64,000 bases of DNA from the human T2T-CHM13v2.0 reference genome, Homo sapiens. Position numbers and translations under genes: made by a program. Positions 15,435 through 29,775 of this stretch are shown piece after piece. The stretch lies in assembly GCF_009914755.1 (NCBI RefSeq), contig NC_060947.1; one strand, 5' to 3'. Within the stretch, counting starts at the first letter, position 1, and every line of letters begins with the position of its first letter. The notes below the pieces were generated by a model, which did no database searches, had not been told where the DNA came from, and saw only the letters and a program-made list of their open reading frames with translations.

Positions 15435-18400
15435 TTAAAAAATTTAGACAGATAAGTTAATTCTTTATAGTATATAGTTCTATGGGTTTTTACAAATGCA
15501 TAGAGTTATGCATACATCACTACAGTACCATATAGAACAGTTCCATCATGCTAAGTATTAGTTTATGTGGTCCCTTTGTAGTCAATCCCTTTGCCTTCTC
15601 ATAACCCCTGGCAACCCTGCTTTATTTTCCTTCCCTATAATTTAATCTTTTCTGGAATTACATTTGAGTCCAACTACTTTCACTTAGATAAATATATTTA
15701 AAATTCATCCATGTTGTGTGAATCAATAGTATATAAATTACTGAATAGTATCCCATTTTATGTGTGTCCCACACAGTTTGTGTACCCATTCAGTTGGAGG
15801 AACATCTAGGTAATTTCCAGCTTTTTTGGTAATAGTTAATAAAGCTGCTATATATATTTGCATGCATGTTTTTATATGAACATGCATTTTCAATTCACTT
15901 AGGTAAATATAAAGGGTGAGATTGCTGAGTCATATGGTAAGTGCATATTTAACTTTATAAGAAACTACCAAATTGCTTTCCAAAGTGGATGTACCATTTT
16001 TTATTCCCACCAACAATGAATGAAAATTCCTATTGCTCTACATTCTTAGGAATATTTGGTATTATCAGGTTTACTTACTTTGGCTATTTTAGTAGATGTG
16101 TACATACTCTCACTGTGGTTTTAATTTTGGCTTCCCTAATGACTAATGATTTTGAACATCTTCTCATATGCTTATTTGCCATTAATTTACCTTCTTTGGT
16201 GAATTGTCTGCTCACATCTTTTGTCCATTTTTTAATTGTGTTATTTCTTTCCTTTTTGTTGAGTATTAAGAATTGTTGATATATTTTAGATACAGGTTCT
16301 TTATTTGATAAGCAATTTCCATCTAGTCTGTGACTTATCTTGTCATTCTTTTAACATTGTCTTTCACAGAGCAAAATATTTTTTAAAATAAGACCTTTTA
16401 TGTTGAATTAATTGTATGTTCATATGCAGTTGTAACACATTATATGGAGAAATGCTGTGTAATCTTTACCCAGTTTTCCCCAATGCTATCATCTTGCAAA
16501 ACCATAATACGATATATCAACCAGGATATTAACATTGATACAGTCAAGATAGAGAACATTTTAATCACCGCAATGATCTTTCATGTTGCCCTTTTATAGC
16601 CACACGCACTTACCTCCAGACCTCAGTCTGGCAACCACTAATCTGTTTTCCATTATCTATAATTTTGCCATTTCAAGAATGTTATATAAATGGGATCATA
16701 CAATATAAAGATTTTGGGTATGGCTTTTTTCCTAAAGCACAATTCTCTAAAGAGTCATCCATGTTGCTGTGTGTATCAATCGTTCATTCATTTTTATTGC
16801 TGAATAATACTGCATGGTATGGATGTACCAGTTTTTTCCTTTTTTTTAACATTTTACTCACTGAAGGACATCTGGGTTCCAATTTGTGGCTACTACAAAG
16901 AAAGCTGTTATAAACCTCTATGTATGACTTTATGTGTGAATGTATTTTCTTTTCTTTGGGGATAAAGAGTAATAATAAAGAGTGCCTCAGAGTGTAATTG
17001 CTAGGTCATAATGTAGTTGCATTTTATTTTTTTTTAAGAAACTGCCAGACTATTGTCCATGGTGGCTGTACCATTTTACACTCCCACCAGAAATGTATGC
17101 ATCATCTAATTTCTCTGTATCTTCATCAGCATTTGGTGTTGTCACTATTTTTTACTTTAACTATTCTGATAACTGCACAGTGATACTGAATTTGCCTTCC
17201 CCTAATGTATAATGATATTGAGCATCTTTTTGTATGCTTCTTTGCCATCTGTATATTTTCTTAAGTAAAATGTCTATTGATGTATTTTTCCAGTTATCTA
17301 ATTGAATTATTTGGATTTAAGTGTTGGGTTTGAGGTTTCTTCATATGTTCTAGATATACTCCTTTGGAGGATATGTGGTGTGCACGTTGTTTCTCACACT
17401 GTGTAGCTTTTCTTTTCATCTTCTTAACAAGGTCTTTCACAGAGAAAATCCTTTTATTTAGGTGAGGTCCAATTTATCAATTTTTCTTCTTATGGATTGT
17501 ACTTTTGTTGTCAAGTCTAAGAAATGTTTCACTAGCTTTAGATCCTGAACACATTCCATTGTTTTTTCTAAAAGTGTAATATTTTTATGTTTTACATTTA
17601 AGACCTTGATATAATTTGAATTACTTTTTTATAAGGTGTGACCCTTATGTCAAGAGGTCTTTTTTGTTTTTTGTTTGTTTGTTTGTTTTTGCATGTGGAT
17701 TCTAGTTGCTCTAGCACAATTTATTGGAAAGACTCATTCCACCACTGAATTACTACTGTACCTTTGTCAAAAATCAGCTGGACATATTCGCATGGCTAGG
17801 TTTGTAGATTCTATACGTGTTTATTCCTCTGTAACACCACAGAGTCTTGATTACTCTGGCCATATAACAAGTCTTGACATTGGGTACACTGTGTCTTCCC
17901 ACTTTATCTTTATTTACAAAATTATTTTATTTGGTATAACTCCTTTGTCTTTTATATAAATTGTGGGATAATACTACATATTTACATATGTAATTACACA
18001 TTTACATATTACATATTTACAAAAAATCTTGCTCATATTTTGATAGAAATTGCATTAAATCTGTATATCAGTTTGGGGAGAATTTATATTTTTCATATGT
18101 TAAATCTTTCAGTCCATGAGCACAATATGTCTTTCCAGATATTTAGATTGATATTAATATTTGTATGTTGTATCCTGCAATCTTGCTGAAATTACTTATT
18201 CATTCTAGGAATTTTTTTTGTATACTTCAGATTTTCTACATAGACAATCATGTTATCTGGAAATAGGGACAGTTTTATTTCTTCCTTTAATATCTGTATG
18301 CCCTTTCTTTCCTTTACTTGTCTTATTGCACTGGCTAGCAACTCCTACATTATGTCGACTGAAAGTGGTAAGAACAGATATTTTTGTCTTGTTCCTGACT

Positions 18401-19200
18401 TGGGGTAGTATGGGGAAAGCAATTAGTCTTTTATTATTAGGTATAAAATTAGCTCTGTTTTTCTCTAGAGGCTCTTCATGAAGTTAAGACAGTTCTCTAT
18501 TCCTATTTGTCTAAATGCTTTTTATAAGAGTGGGTTTTGAATTTTATCAGATTATTTTCCTGCAATTATTGATTCGATCATGCAGCTTTCTTCTTTAGCC
18601 TGTTAAGATGTTGGGCTACATCTATTGATTTTCATTATTGAGTCAGTCTTGTAGCCTGGGCGAGCAAAAGTTTTTCTTTTGATGTTGGAATTTAATTAAA
18701 ATTTTTAATTAAAAAAAGTTTTTCACAAATTGTTCTTTCAGTGTTCTATCTGAAAACTGGTTGCCAAAGATCACACAGATTTTTTTCTATATTTTTAGTT
18801 AAAAATTTTATAGTTTTATGGTTTATAATTAGTTCTATAATCCATTTGAGTCCATTTTTGTATAATAAAGTTTATGTCTACATTTTTTTATATATAGATG
18901 TCTACTTGTTCCAGCACCATTTGTTGAAAAGATAGTCCTTTCTCCACTGAGTTGGGTTCACACCTTTGTCCAAAATTAGATGAATATATCTGTGTGAGCG
19001 TATTACAGGGCTCTAAGTTCTCTTCCATTTATTTGTGTGTCTATCCTTTTACCAATATCATGCTGTCTTGATTAATGAAACTTCATAACAAGTTTGCAAA
19101 CAGGTACTGCAATTTCTTCAGCTTTATTCTTTTTTTTTGTTTCAAAACTGAACTATTCTTGCACCTTTACCCTTCCAAAGAAATTTTAGAATAAGCGCCT
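15435..19200 (-). mobile_element. Nested old L1s: an L1M element interrupted by a second L1MC/MD-type 3' piece (~16384-18661)
   Basis: Two successive antisense 3'UTR-ORF2 series; the outer element resumes at gagcaaaa (16369 / 18662). Confidence 0.75.
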
Positions 19201-19239
19201 TGAGCATAGTTTGATTTTGATAAGAGTATGTTTATTTAA

Positions 19240-19420
19240 TAATGACAACTACCTTCACTGAGTGCTTGCTAACTACCAGGAACTTAAATCATTAAATTTT
19301 CATATTAAATCTGTGTGATAAGAACTATTTTTAATCTTCATTACACACATGTGAACACTGTGGCTCAGAGTGGTTAAACGTCTTACCCAAATTCAAAGGC
19401 GGTTGCTGAGATCTGAGCTA
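19240..19420 (-). mobile_element. MIR fragment
   Basis: gaacactgtggctcagagtggttaaacgtcttacccaa. Confidence 0.65.
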
Positions 19421-19626
19421 AGGTGCTGCAAACTGACATAAAGCAATTCAGTGGTTCAACAACTGTCAGGTCGTTCTGGAAAATATTAGAGGCCTCATGA
19501 TTCTTCTACCCGGTGATACATTACATAGAAGGCAAGTCTGAGGCATGTACAAAATTTAATTAGTAAGTAGACCCTAATGGTCCTGTTCTTGAGGACTTGG
19601 TGAAATCCCATTTTGTCTTTGGGCAC

Positions 19627-20315
19627 TGTTCTGGTTAGTAATTTATTGCCCCTCAGCTCCAAACCCACCTTTCTGTGCCTATTGTGATACTGAAGTTTAA
19701 CACTGTAGATTACATTTCTTATTTGCCACCTAGCTCCGTGTTAAGCTCTGCCAATACAGTGAACAGGAGGGAGACTGCAAGGTGGGAAATGGAAGAAGAG
19801 ACATGCTATTTTCCATGTGGCAGCAAGCATATCAGTGTATGTGAAGTCCCATCAGCTTTCGCAGTTCAGCAATGGGCTCCTTCTGGCAATTTCTTCATCT
19901 CTAGAGCAGCAGGCTGTTCTTGCACATGAGAGGCAGGCACCCTCTGGCAAGCTTCATTGTCACTACGGTGGCTGCAGCTCTCACAGTTCCCCAGCAACTG
20001 CCCTCACTAAGTTTCTTCATTATCACAGAAGTGCAGCATATCTCTGTGGCAGACACTATCTCTCCTCAGAAATCAGAATCTCAGTTTTTCAGGAGGGGGT
20101 CTCCCTCTAAGTTTCTAAGTTCTTTCCTTGTTCACTCTTTCCTTAGCCCTAGGCCTAGCAGCTCATTTTAATATTTGCTACCTTTGTATATCTTGGAATT
20201 CTTTTTTACCCCCTTTAATAGTTAACCACCTTCTATCTAATTAATAATTCTTTATATTAAATTTTCCCTGTCCAAATTACTAGTATAAATTGTCTCTCTT
20301 GAGTTAACCTTCAAG
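19627..20315 (+). mobile_element. ERVL solo LTR, LTR41-like
   Basis: TG...taatttattgcccctcagctccaaacccacc start; ttctttatattaaattttccctgt end region. Confidence 0.7.
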
Positions 20316-20968
20316 CACTCTATCAATTTCCTTGAATAAAAGAGTTTTCCTAAGGTCAACACAATGACATCCTGACAACAAGAACTACAAGCTACTAGTC
20401 AGATCATACATCAGAGTTCTTCTTTTGTAGCCAGACTCTGGACCAAACAGAGTTCGTTCAGAATTTCAGATGATACCCTTTAAGAGTTATTATACTTTGT
20501 TCCTTCAAGGAAGAGTAAACTTACACAAGTTTTCTTTTGAGCCACATATTTTGAATAACACTATTTTTTGCCAGTAATATCTCTATAATAACTTTCCTGA
20601 CAATTAACAGTCTCCAGTACAGGTTTAGATAACACTATTTAAGGTACTTGCTGTAGCCCATTTTGGAGTGTAGACCCCAAATTTAGAGTCCTGCAAATGC
20701 TAAATGCTCACTAAGCAGTTGTGGGATATGGATTCTTGATCACGAAACTTTATATGGTAGGTAGCTAACTGCCCCTACATATAAATTTAATGCCACCTTA
20801 TATACTCATATGCATCAACCTGTTCATACTGAAACATTTTAAAATAAATCATCATAGCAAGCCTGTTGTTTAACATTATGCTTGACAGCATAATGAATAT
20901 CACAATGACTTGGTTTATCTAAACTGGCTGAAAACATGGCTCAGCTTGGCATAATTCTTTGTTTGCAG

Positions 20969-21174
20969 CAGGGGTCCACACATTGTAGCCCATTGGCTAA
21001 ATCAAGACCAACACGTTTCTCTAAATTTTTACTCTATCAAAGACATACCCACCCTTTTGCATATCATATATGACTGTTTTTGTGCTAAAATGACAGAATT
21101 GAGCTGCTATGATAGTCACAAAGTCTAAAATATTTACTTTGTGGCCCTTTAAAGAAAAGGTTTGCTGACTTCTG
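20969..21174 (-). mobile_element. MER58A hAT MITE
   Basis: CAGGGGTC...aaaatatttactttgtggccctttaaagaaaaggtttgctgacttctg. Confidence 0.8.
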
Positions 21175-21529
21175 GTCTAGAGTTATGTTTAAGAAAATAT
21201 TTTGATTATTATCATAAAAGCAGTAAAAGCTACCAGCTTTCTTTATTGAAAACTTAATGGTGAAACATAAGAGTAGACTTATTTCTAGCTTCCATTATCA
21301 ATGTCTTCTATCTGAAGTGGTAGAACAGATTCATTCTGGAAAAGCCTTAGAGATATTTAATTCTCATGCTTTCATTTTCAGAAGTGGAAATTAATGCTCA
21401 AAAGTGTCTAAAAGAAGGCAGTAATGGCATTCAACTTGCTGGTTTTTACTTAGTACATTTCCATTTCAGTTGCACAGTGCATCTCAAACTGAATTACCTA
21501 CCACAAAATAAATATGATTCATCTCCCCA

Positions 21530-21700
21530 GTTCCACAATGTCTTAGCTTTGTGACCTCAGGCAACTTGCTTGACCTCTCTGTGTCTTAATTTATTATCTG
21601 TAAAATAGGCTGTTGTAAGTATGAGTTAATCCAGGTAAAGTGCTTAAAATAGTGCCTGGCACATAGTAAACATTCATTAAATGTTAGCTATTAGTAGTAG
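21530..21700 (+). mobile_element. MIR
   Basis: tgtgacctcaggcaacttgcttgacctctctgtg; gtaaagtgcttaaaatagtgcctggcacatagtaa. Confidence 0.85.
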
Positions 21701-22879
21701 TAGTCCAGAGTATGATTATTATCATCATTATTATTAGTCCCAATTTTACTTGAAGATTTGGAAGAAAAAGACTTTTAGAAATTTAAAACAAATATGAACA
21801 TGTTTGGACTAGAATGTATGATCTGCGTGAATTTGGAAGATAAAGTATAAGATCTCAAAGTGATATATTAAAGTCTTCCCTGCTCCTTGGGGAAAATTGG
21901 CTGGGAAAGTTGGAGAAGTTCTGTGCCCTACTCTGCTGTCTGTCATTTCTATCTTGTCACAGGTACTCTGACTCCAGTATCTGTGTGACTTCTGCCTTGC
22001 TGGAGGGGCTTTGCATTTCCCTTTGGAGCTGCTTGGGAAGAAGCTCTTTGTATCTGTTAAGGTGGGCTGACTGAAAACTTGTGGCTATTGTTTTCTAAAA
22101 AGTTGCCTAATGACAGAACTCACCTAGAATTCTGGACTTTAACTTAGGAATGATGCAGACCCATTCCATTCTTCTTCTGGTGCTGGTTTCTTAATTACAC
22201 ACTGCTTAGGGAACACAAGGTGAATAGACAAGGCCCCCTTGGGCTCTTTATGCAAGCACAATGTAGGGAGTGAGTGGCCTTGTCACTGCTTGTTCCAACA
22301 TTTCTCGTTAATGTGATTAATATGGATAGAGCTGTCAACTTTCATTTTCACTAAACAATAAAACAAGCCTAACCTTGTATCTATGAGACTAACAGTTTGA
22401 AAAGCAGATGAGATATAATTGGGATCTCATTAAAATAGAGTATATTATAGTTTTTTTAATTAGAAACTCAAAATATATGGTATTAACATGAGTACGTTTT
22501 CCATTTGACTAAGTCAGTCACAAATTGATCGGTTTTTAGAAATGTCTAGACATAGCCTTTAAAGATTGGGACAAATTGTTCCCAGAATATTTCTTGACAT
22601 TCTAGGAAGGATGTGAGGATAGGAAAGATGTTAATAGTACAGAAATCTCTTAAAGAGGACACTTTTAGAAAGCACTTGGATTAAATGGCCAGATAATTTA
22701 TTGCAAGTGGGTGAGTATAAAAACAAACCAAACAAATGTTTGAGGTTGCGGAGTAGAGCTTGTTATTTTCTGAGGACTCACTGTGCGTTAGGCGATATGT
22801 CAAAAGTTGATAATGCAATGCTAAATAGGCAAAATTATTGGCTTGACAGAACTCATGGTTTAATGGAGGAGAAGACAGG

Positions 22880-23232
22880 TGAATTAGTCTGTTTTCATGC
22901 TGCTAATAAATATATACCAAAGACTGGGTAACTTATAAAGGAAAGAGGTTTAATGGACTCACAGTTAACACATGGCAAGGGAGGCCTCACAATCATGGTG
23001 GAAGGCAAATGAAGAGCAAAGTCACGTCTTACATGGTGGCAGGCAAGAGGGTATGTACAGGGGAACTCCCCTTTATAAAGCCATCAGATCTCATGAGACT
23101 TATTCACTATCACGAGAACAGCATGGGAAAAATCCACATGCACGATTCAATTACCTCCCACTGCATCCCTTCCATGACACATGGGGATTATTACATGAGA
23201 TTTGGGTGGAGGCACAGAGCCAAACCTTATCA
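22880..23232 (-). mobile_element. THE1 (C/D-like) solo LTR inserted in an L2 fragment
   Basis: TG..TTAGTCTGTTTTCATGCTGCT...AAACCTTATCA termini; TSD acagg/actgg. Confidence 0.92.
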
Positions 23233-23549
23233 ACTGGCAAGTAAGCAATTCTGTAGTTCAATTTGGTAAGTAATAAGGTAGAGACTACCCAGGGTCCTAT
23301 AGGATCACAAAAAGGAGGGGCACCTAACAAGGCTAGGGGATGGCAAGGGAAGGCTTTTTGGAGAATGCATCCTGTGAAGTAAATGTTAAAGGAGAAATCT
23401 GTTATCTAGGTGTGGTATGCCAAGTTTTTGAGTAACAAAGGCCACCTCACCCCAATAGCCTTTGGTATACAAAAATCTATGTTTGCTAGGAAAAGCATAG
23501 GCACATTTGCATTGGGAGTAAGAAAACTCTTGGCAAAAATGGGATGGGT

Positions 23550-23912
23550 AGCCAAAAAACTAAACATAGAATGATGATATGATCTAGCAATTCTACTTCT
23601 TAGTATATACCTCAAAAAATTGAAAGCAATGACTCAAATAGCTATTTGTATACCCATGTTCATAGCAGCATTATTCACAATAGCCAAAAGTTGGAAAGAA
23701 CACATATAGCCATTAGCGGATGAATGGACAAATAAAATATGTCATTATAGGGAGTTGTTTAATGGGTGCAGAGTTTCAGTTTGGAAAGAAAAAGAAGTTC
23801 TGGAGATGGATAGTGGTAATTGTAAAACAGTGTGACTACTTATGGCCACCGAATTATTAAAAAATAGTTAAAATGGTAAATTTAATGTTACATATTTGTT
23901 ACCACAAAAAAG
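23550..23912 (+). mobile_element. L1MB-type 3' fragment with internal deletion
   Basis: cccatgttcatagcagcattattcacaatagccaaaag; gttctggagatggatagtgg. Confidence 0.8.
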
Positions 23913-26469
23913 ATATGGAGACTTCAATGTCTTTCTTTTTTGAGATACAATTTTATTAGGACATCTTTGACATTTTAGATAAGATGGTCTCAAGTGAGAT
24001 CAGTGGGCAGAGAAAAACACCAAAGATTCTTTAAAGGGAAATTCATTCTAGGGGAATGTGGAACATGGACCAGCCACCCAGGTAGGTTCAGCATTTGAGC
24101 CTACATTTCCCCTTGAGAGGAGAGGCTGCTTAAAGCACAGTGTGTTGGGAGGTTAAAAACTGCTCCTGGACTTGCTCCCACGCACTGTAGTTATGCTTTT
24201 GGATTAATGGTCACATGAGAATGTGTGAGTATAAAAATGAAAAGTCCAGACCATGGATGTGGTATTGAAAACCATCTCTCATCTTAACTCTAAGGGAGAG
24301 ACTTATTTTTTCTTACTTTCTCCAAAACATGGAGAATTACTGCAAGAGTGGCAGTAAAGCCATTGCAGTGATGAATGGGAAAAAAATTGATATGTAGAAT
24401 GGCTTTCTTTCAACAATGTGTGTATGACAGCACATTTGCTTATTCTGTAAGGTGCTTGGAAGAACAAGGGTTGGTCTGGCAGAAAGCATTTTGTTGGTAG
24501 CAATGCTCATATTTTGGTGATAATAGTGGTAACAAGTCTCTTTGGAATTCCTGAGTCTTTAATTGTAGTCCTTGGCATGATGGCATGGTACAGCAATCCT
24601 TCCTAAAGCAAGTATCTTCTGGTGGCAGTGGAAGCATTCTCCAGTGTCAATGGGGCATACCAGATTTTCAGATTAAAAGGCCAGGTGGGAGTTACTAGAA
24701 ATGAGAAGAGGGATTATCCCAGTAGAAATGACTCTGGGGTGGAGAGGAGATTTTGAAGGTGCCAAAATGGGTACTGAGAGTCATTTTGACTTTTAAAGTT
24801 AAAAGTGTTGTGGGATACAAGATAATAGATGCACACTTATTACAAAGCCTGTAAATATGCATATAAAATATACATCAAAATTTTATCAAATGGTAAAATT
24901 TGACAGTGATTGCATGACAGAGTTGGAGTTATGTACCATTTTATTTTCTCCATTTTTCAAATTTCTATAATACTGTTATATATAAAAAAGCATTTGATCC
25001 TAGGCATAGCTGTTACTAAGAGTTAGACGAGATAAAAAGGAATTATAAGCAGAAGTAATATTTATGAAGACATTTGCAAAAACATTCGATCCTCCTAACA
25101 ATCTCACAACATCTACATTAATGTCCCTCTTGTGCTGATGAGAGAACAGATTCATCAAGGCTAATTCACTTTTTCTGCGGTTAAACATCTAGTGAGTTGG
25201 TAGGACAGGACTTCCAGCTCCAATATGTGAGACTCCAAGGACTGTGCTCTCATCACCATAGTGTTTGCCTTCCAGAAATAATATCTAGTAGAGGGACCCA
25301 ATAATCAAATATGTCAACATTTTATTTTTTATCCAGCAATTTTGATAGTGTGTAGCCATAAACAAGGACAAGTTTGCCAGGAATCTGACAAATGTACCAA
25401 GGCCAATAACAAGGCTTCCAAATTCATTTTAATCAGGTGATACTCAACAAAATAAGCGAAGTCCAGTGACCCTTACTTTTCATACAGTCTATAGAAGACT
25501 CCTGGTCATTTGCAAGTAACCATTGACTATCTTATTATATGGAAGACCTGTTTCAAAAATATTCCAGATCTCAATGTATGACATATCAGTGTTATTCAAT
25601 AAATATTATAATTAAATTGAAGGAAGACAAATCCCTGCTTACTTAGCACCATGTTTATACACAGCAGTATTTTTATTTTCATTTTAAAAAATTCTACATT
25701 TAATGAAAAAATACTGGTTCATTGGATTTGGATTGGATTCGATTGGATTGATTTTTCCTCCTTTAGCTGGTACTTCTTTCATTCTGTAAATACTGCCAAA
25801 ATTGTGCATGTGTTGGTGGAGGCTGGCTAAGCAAATTGAATAATGAAGGGTACAGCCAGATAAAGTTTGCCTACACAGTTGAGGAGGGAAGTTTCCATAT
25901 GCAGCTCATGTAACATTTCTAGGTACATTTTATTCAGGACAATAACTGTCTCTGAGGTTATCAGGATTTGGCTCTTCCTCTGGATGTTCATCATGGAAAA
26001 AAGAGTTTCTTCCCTAAAAATAGAGGACTAAGGTGGTAGCCATGTAGTTTAGGATTCCAGCCCAATATCACTTTTGATGAGAAACTGCTTCTACATAACA
26101 CTACATAGACACTTTGGGAGAAATACAATGGTGCCCAGGGGCTCCAGCATTAACTGGTTATACCTGCTAAGCCTTTTATCCAAATCTTGCTCTCCATATC
26201 TGAGCACTGGTAGGAGGTTTCTTTACACAAGCCTCTGATTGCCTACTGTAAAGTCTGTTTTGAAGATTCAAATATCAAATAAATTGGAGTCTGTTCAACT
26301 GAAATGGCCAAATGTGGGTGCTGATTTCGGCCCTGATTAGTTTTACATCAGCCATTGTTCTGGAGTTTTCCTCAAAGCAGCCCCTTCTCTCAGGTGTACT
26401 AGAATGATAAAGGATTGTTTCCAGCATTTCCTCCTAAGAAAGATCTTATATAGGTGACAAATTGGGTTA

Positions 26470-26745
26470 ATTTTTAAAAGCATTTTATTATGGAAAATTT
26501 AATCATATACTAAAGTAGAAAAAATACCATAACATGTACTCACTCACTCTCCTCCTCCATTCCTCCAGTGGATTATTTTAAAGCAAATCTTGAACATCAA
26601 ACCATTTTATCCATAACTATTTCAATAGATACCTCTAAAAGATAAGGATTCCTTTTGTAAAACATAATAAAGAGACCATTATCACAACTAAAAATGTAAT
26701 AACAATTCTTTTATATCACCAAATATTCAGGTAGTGTCCATATCT
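26470..26745 (-). mobile_element. L1MC4/5-type 3' end fragment
   Basis: ttttattatggaaaattt; ttttaaagcaaatc; accattatcacaactaa. Confidence 0.6.
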
Positions 26746-26914
26746 GGCCGAATTTGATACAGGTTTTCCTTGACCTCATTTGTCTTGCAGATCCCTTTGG
26801 GGATTTTCTCTGACAAAGTCTAGGTCCAATAATGTATAATGAGACAGATAATTTCATTCTCCAGAAGTTCTTCACGTGGATTCCCTGTGATAACACGCAC
26901 ACACACACACACGA

Positions 26915-27218
26915 ACACAGAGCATTTTTATGGCAGTGAAAATACCCTGTATGATACTAAAATGGTGGATACGTGTTCTTATACATTTGTCCTAACTCAT
27001 AGAATCTACAATACCAAGAGTAAGACTAATATAAACTATGGACTTTGAGTGATAATGTTGCATCACTGTAGGTTCATCAGTTGTATTAAATGTACAAATT
27101 TGTCAGGGAAGTTGATAACGGGAGAGGCTACGCATATAATAGAGCAGGAAGCATATGGGACATTTCTGTAACTTCTACTCAATTTTTCTGTGAACGTAAA
27201 CTTCTCCCTAAAAAAAGC
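26915..27218 (+). mobile_element. L1MC1-3-type 3' end fragment, preceded by a short (CA)n
   Basis: ggcagtgaaaataccctgtatgatactaaaatggtggatac; taaactatggactttg. Confidence 0.75.
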
Positions 27219-27395
27219 TAACGTCTTTGCAAAAAGCAGAGAGGAAATGCCTCCCAAGAGGTTTTGTGCCTTTGCTTCTACTGACAGCAAGAGCAAACTG
27301 CAGGACACAGAGCCTCCAGGATCTCTGTACATCTCTCGATACAGTTGGGCCAGTGACAGGGAGCATAGCCCTGCTGGTCATTCTGGAGTACGGCT

Positions 27396-27593
27396 TAGGC
27401 TTGCGGATTTAGCAAATTTAAAAAAAGACACCCAGTCAAGTTGGAATTTCAGATAAACAGCAAATAATATTTTAGTACACATTTGTCACAAATATTGCAC
27501 AAGACATATGTATAATAAAAATGTCTAAAAATGTAATTATTTATTTGAAATTCTAATTTAACTGTACAACCTATGTTTTATCTCACAAACCTA
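27396..27593. mobile_element. MER53 palindromic hAT MITE
   Basis: tagg.ttgc.gatttagcaaat...gacacccagt...gaatttcagataaac / ttatttgaaattctaatttaactg...ttttatct...accta inverted arms. Confidence 0.8.
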
Positions 27594-29499
27594 TGACAGG
27601 TGGCAGAGTGGGTTTAGCACAGGCAAAGAAATAACTAGAAGAACTCATGAGGCCATGGTTTCTTGCAGAGTTGAAAGTGCCTATAGGAAATGAAAGGCCT
27701 GGGAGAAATGAAGACAGGAGATTTAAAGGTGTTTTGGGGTGAGGAATTATAGCTCTTTTAATGCTTTCTGAAATAAGTAAAATTTAGAATTACTTTTTGA
27801 AGTGAGTTTGGTTGTTGAACATTTACTTTGAATATGACACCACTCTAAAACGGAATCAAAATTCTGAATGTGTGCGGTTTGTTTGTTTTTTGCCTCTCCA
27901 GAGTTGGGCTTCCTCAAAGTGGTTTGTGGGATAACCCTTTTTTTTCTTTGCAGAATCAAAGTAGAGGAAGAAAGTATTCCGATATTTGCTTAGATACTCA
28001 ACATGCTCTCATTCTCTTCAGCTCCCACCACATTTCTAGTCTCTGTAAGAAACTTCTGTTTGAGTTTGTTATAAATTTTTATAGTATCCCAAATTTGTAA
28101 ATATTCTTAGGCACCTCTTAATTTTTAACATACATGGAACCTCTATAAATGGAAGCAGGAAAAAAAAAGAAATGTCTCTAAACTCCCTTCATCTTCTTAA
28201 GGACCTGCTTACTGGTAATGAAGAAAGATTAAATGTGATTTCTAAGTCCTTGTGTGCGTAATATTCTATGGTTTGCAAAAGTCTTAGATGTAACTCTTCA
28301 TTTGTAGAGTATTTGACAGTTCACAAAGCCTTTTCACATCGGGTTCAGTATCTAATTTGGTTTCCACAATAGTTCAATTGGGTAAGCATAGCACAGATGC
28401 ACAGATTAAGAAGTTAAACCACTTGCTGTTGGTTATACAGCTAGTGGGTGGCAGATTCCAGACAACGATTCAGTTGTTTGCTTCCTAGTTGTTTTCCCCG
28501 TGATGCCACACTGACTCGGGTTACAGGATTTTTAAAAAGTACATTTAATACACACATTCTGACTCGCACTCCATTTGACATTTTGTTGTTGTTTAATTGC
28601 AGCTTATTTTTTTCCTGTTATTTTAAAGACTTCCTTTCCCATCAGAAAGCCATTTCCAAAAAAAAGAAATTCATAAAACTCAATACATCACAGGCACAGC
28701 ATTTGCTAGCCTCTTTGCTATTTCTTTTGGAATATATTTTTCAGGCCTTTGCTTCATTATGAAATATCAAGCCAATTGCTGAATGCCATTCAAAATGAAA
28801 AGTTCTTTCTCACTCTGCTATCTTCAGAATAATTGGAAGCAAAAATGATGCAGGAATTGAAATAACTTATCTAAGGAATGCACCTGTTTTTCATATTTTA
28901 ATGTCATTTATGACTCTTTAGAAAGAGTGAAAAGCAACTTCACCAATGCAATGGGTGTTCTTCCAGAGCAATTTTTTTTTTTTTTTTTTAGTTCAGGTAA
29001 CAGGGTTTTAAGGCAATAAAAAATTAACATAAAATCCTCTTGAAGAAATGATGGAATTTTTCCAAAGAGCTAATTTTTGCCTTTAAAATTCTTTTTATAT
29101 TTGCATTTCAATATGAATTCCCACTGGAGTGTTAAAAGCTAGTGAGTAAGGATTCCAGCTCATGGCAGTGAGTCTCTGGTTCACAGAGTTTCAGAACATC
29201 ATCTGTCACTGCCAGGAAAGAGACATCTTAGAAGCTGGTACATAAACCTAGGTTTAGAGCTCTCTGAGTCATTATCCACTGACTTAAGGCTAACCTCTGG
29301 ATAGAGAGGAAAAGGTTCACTTGTTATTTTGTTTCCAGTTGGGATAGGGATAGGATAGTTAAGAGCTGCCACAGAATTAATAAACATTAATGGTAGTTGA
29401 TTGGGATGGATGAAATGTAGCAGAAGGACATTGCGGAGTGTGAGTTAATGATATTGAGTATGGTACTAACCAAACACTGGATTCCGATTTGTAACTTTA

Positions 29500-29775
29500 T
29501 GTATTTATTTAATTGTCAGATAAAATTGTATATACAACATTATGTTTCAAAATATATGTACCTTGCAGGATGGATAAATCAAGTAATTAACATGTGCAAT
29601 TTTTCACACAGTTGTCATTTTTATGGTGAGAACACTTAAAAATATACTCTGTTAGCATTTTCAAGAACACAATATATTTTTATTAACTATAGTCCCAATG
29701 TTGTACAATACATTGCTTGAACTTATTCCTGCTATCCAAGTGAAATTTCATAATCTTTGATCAACATCTTCCCAT
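29500..29775 (-). mobile_element. L1MA 3' end fragment
   Basis: ggtgagaacacttaaaaatatactctgttagca; tattaactatagtc; cttgaacttattcct. Confidence 0.8.

Noticed and set aside
19745-19775. CTCF site expected in LTR41-like elements
   Set aside because: The core is degenerate here (ccaatacagtgaac).
27396-27593. Hairpin as a miR-1302-like precursor
   Set aside because: MER53 is intrinsically palindromic, and the would-be mature region (cacaagacatatgtataataaa) is too diverged to call.
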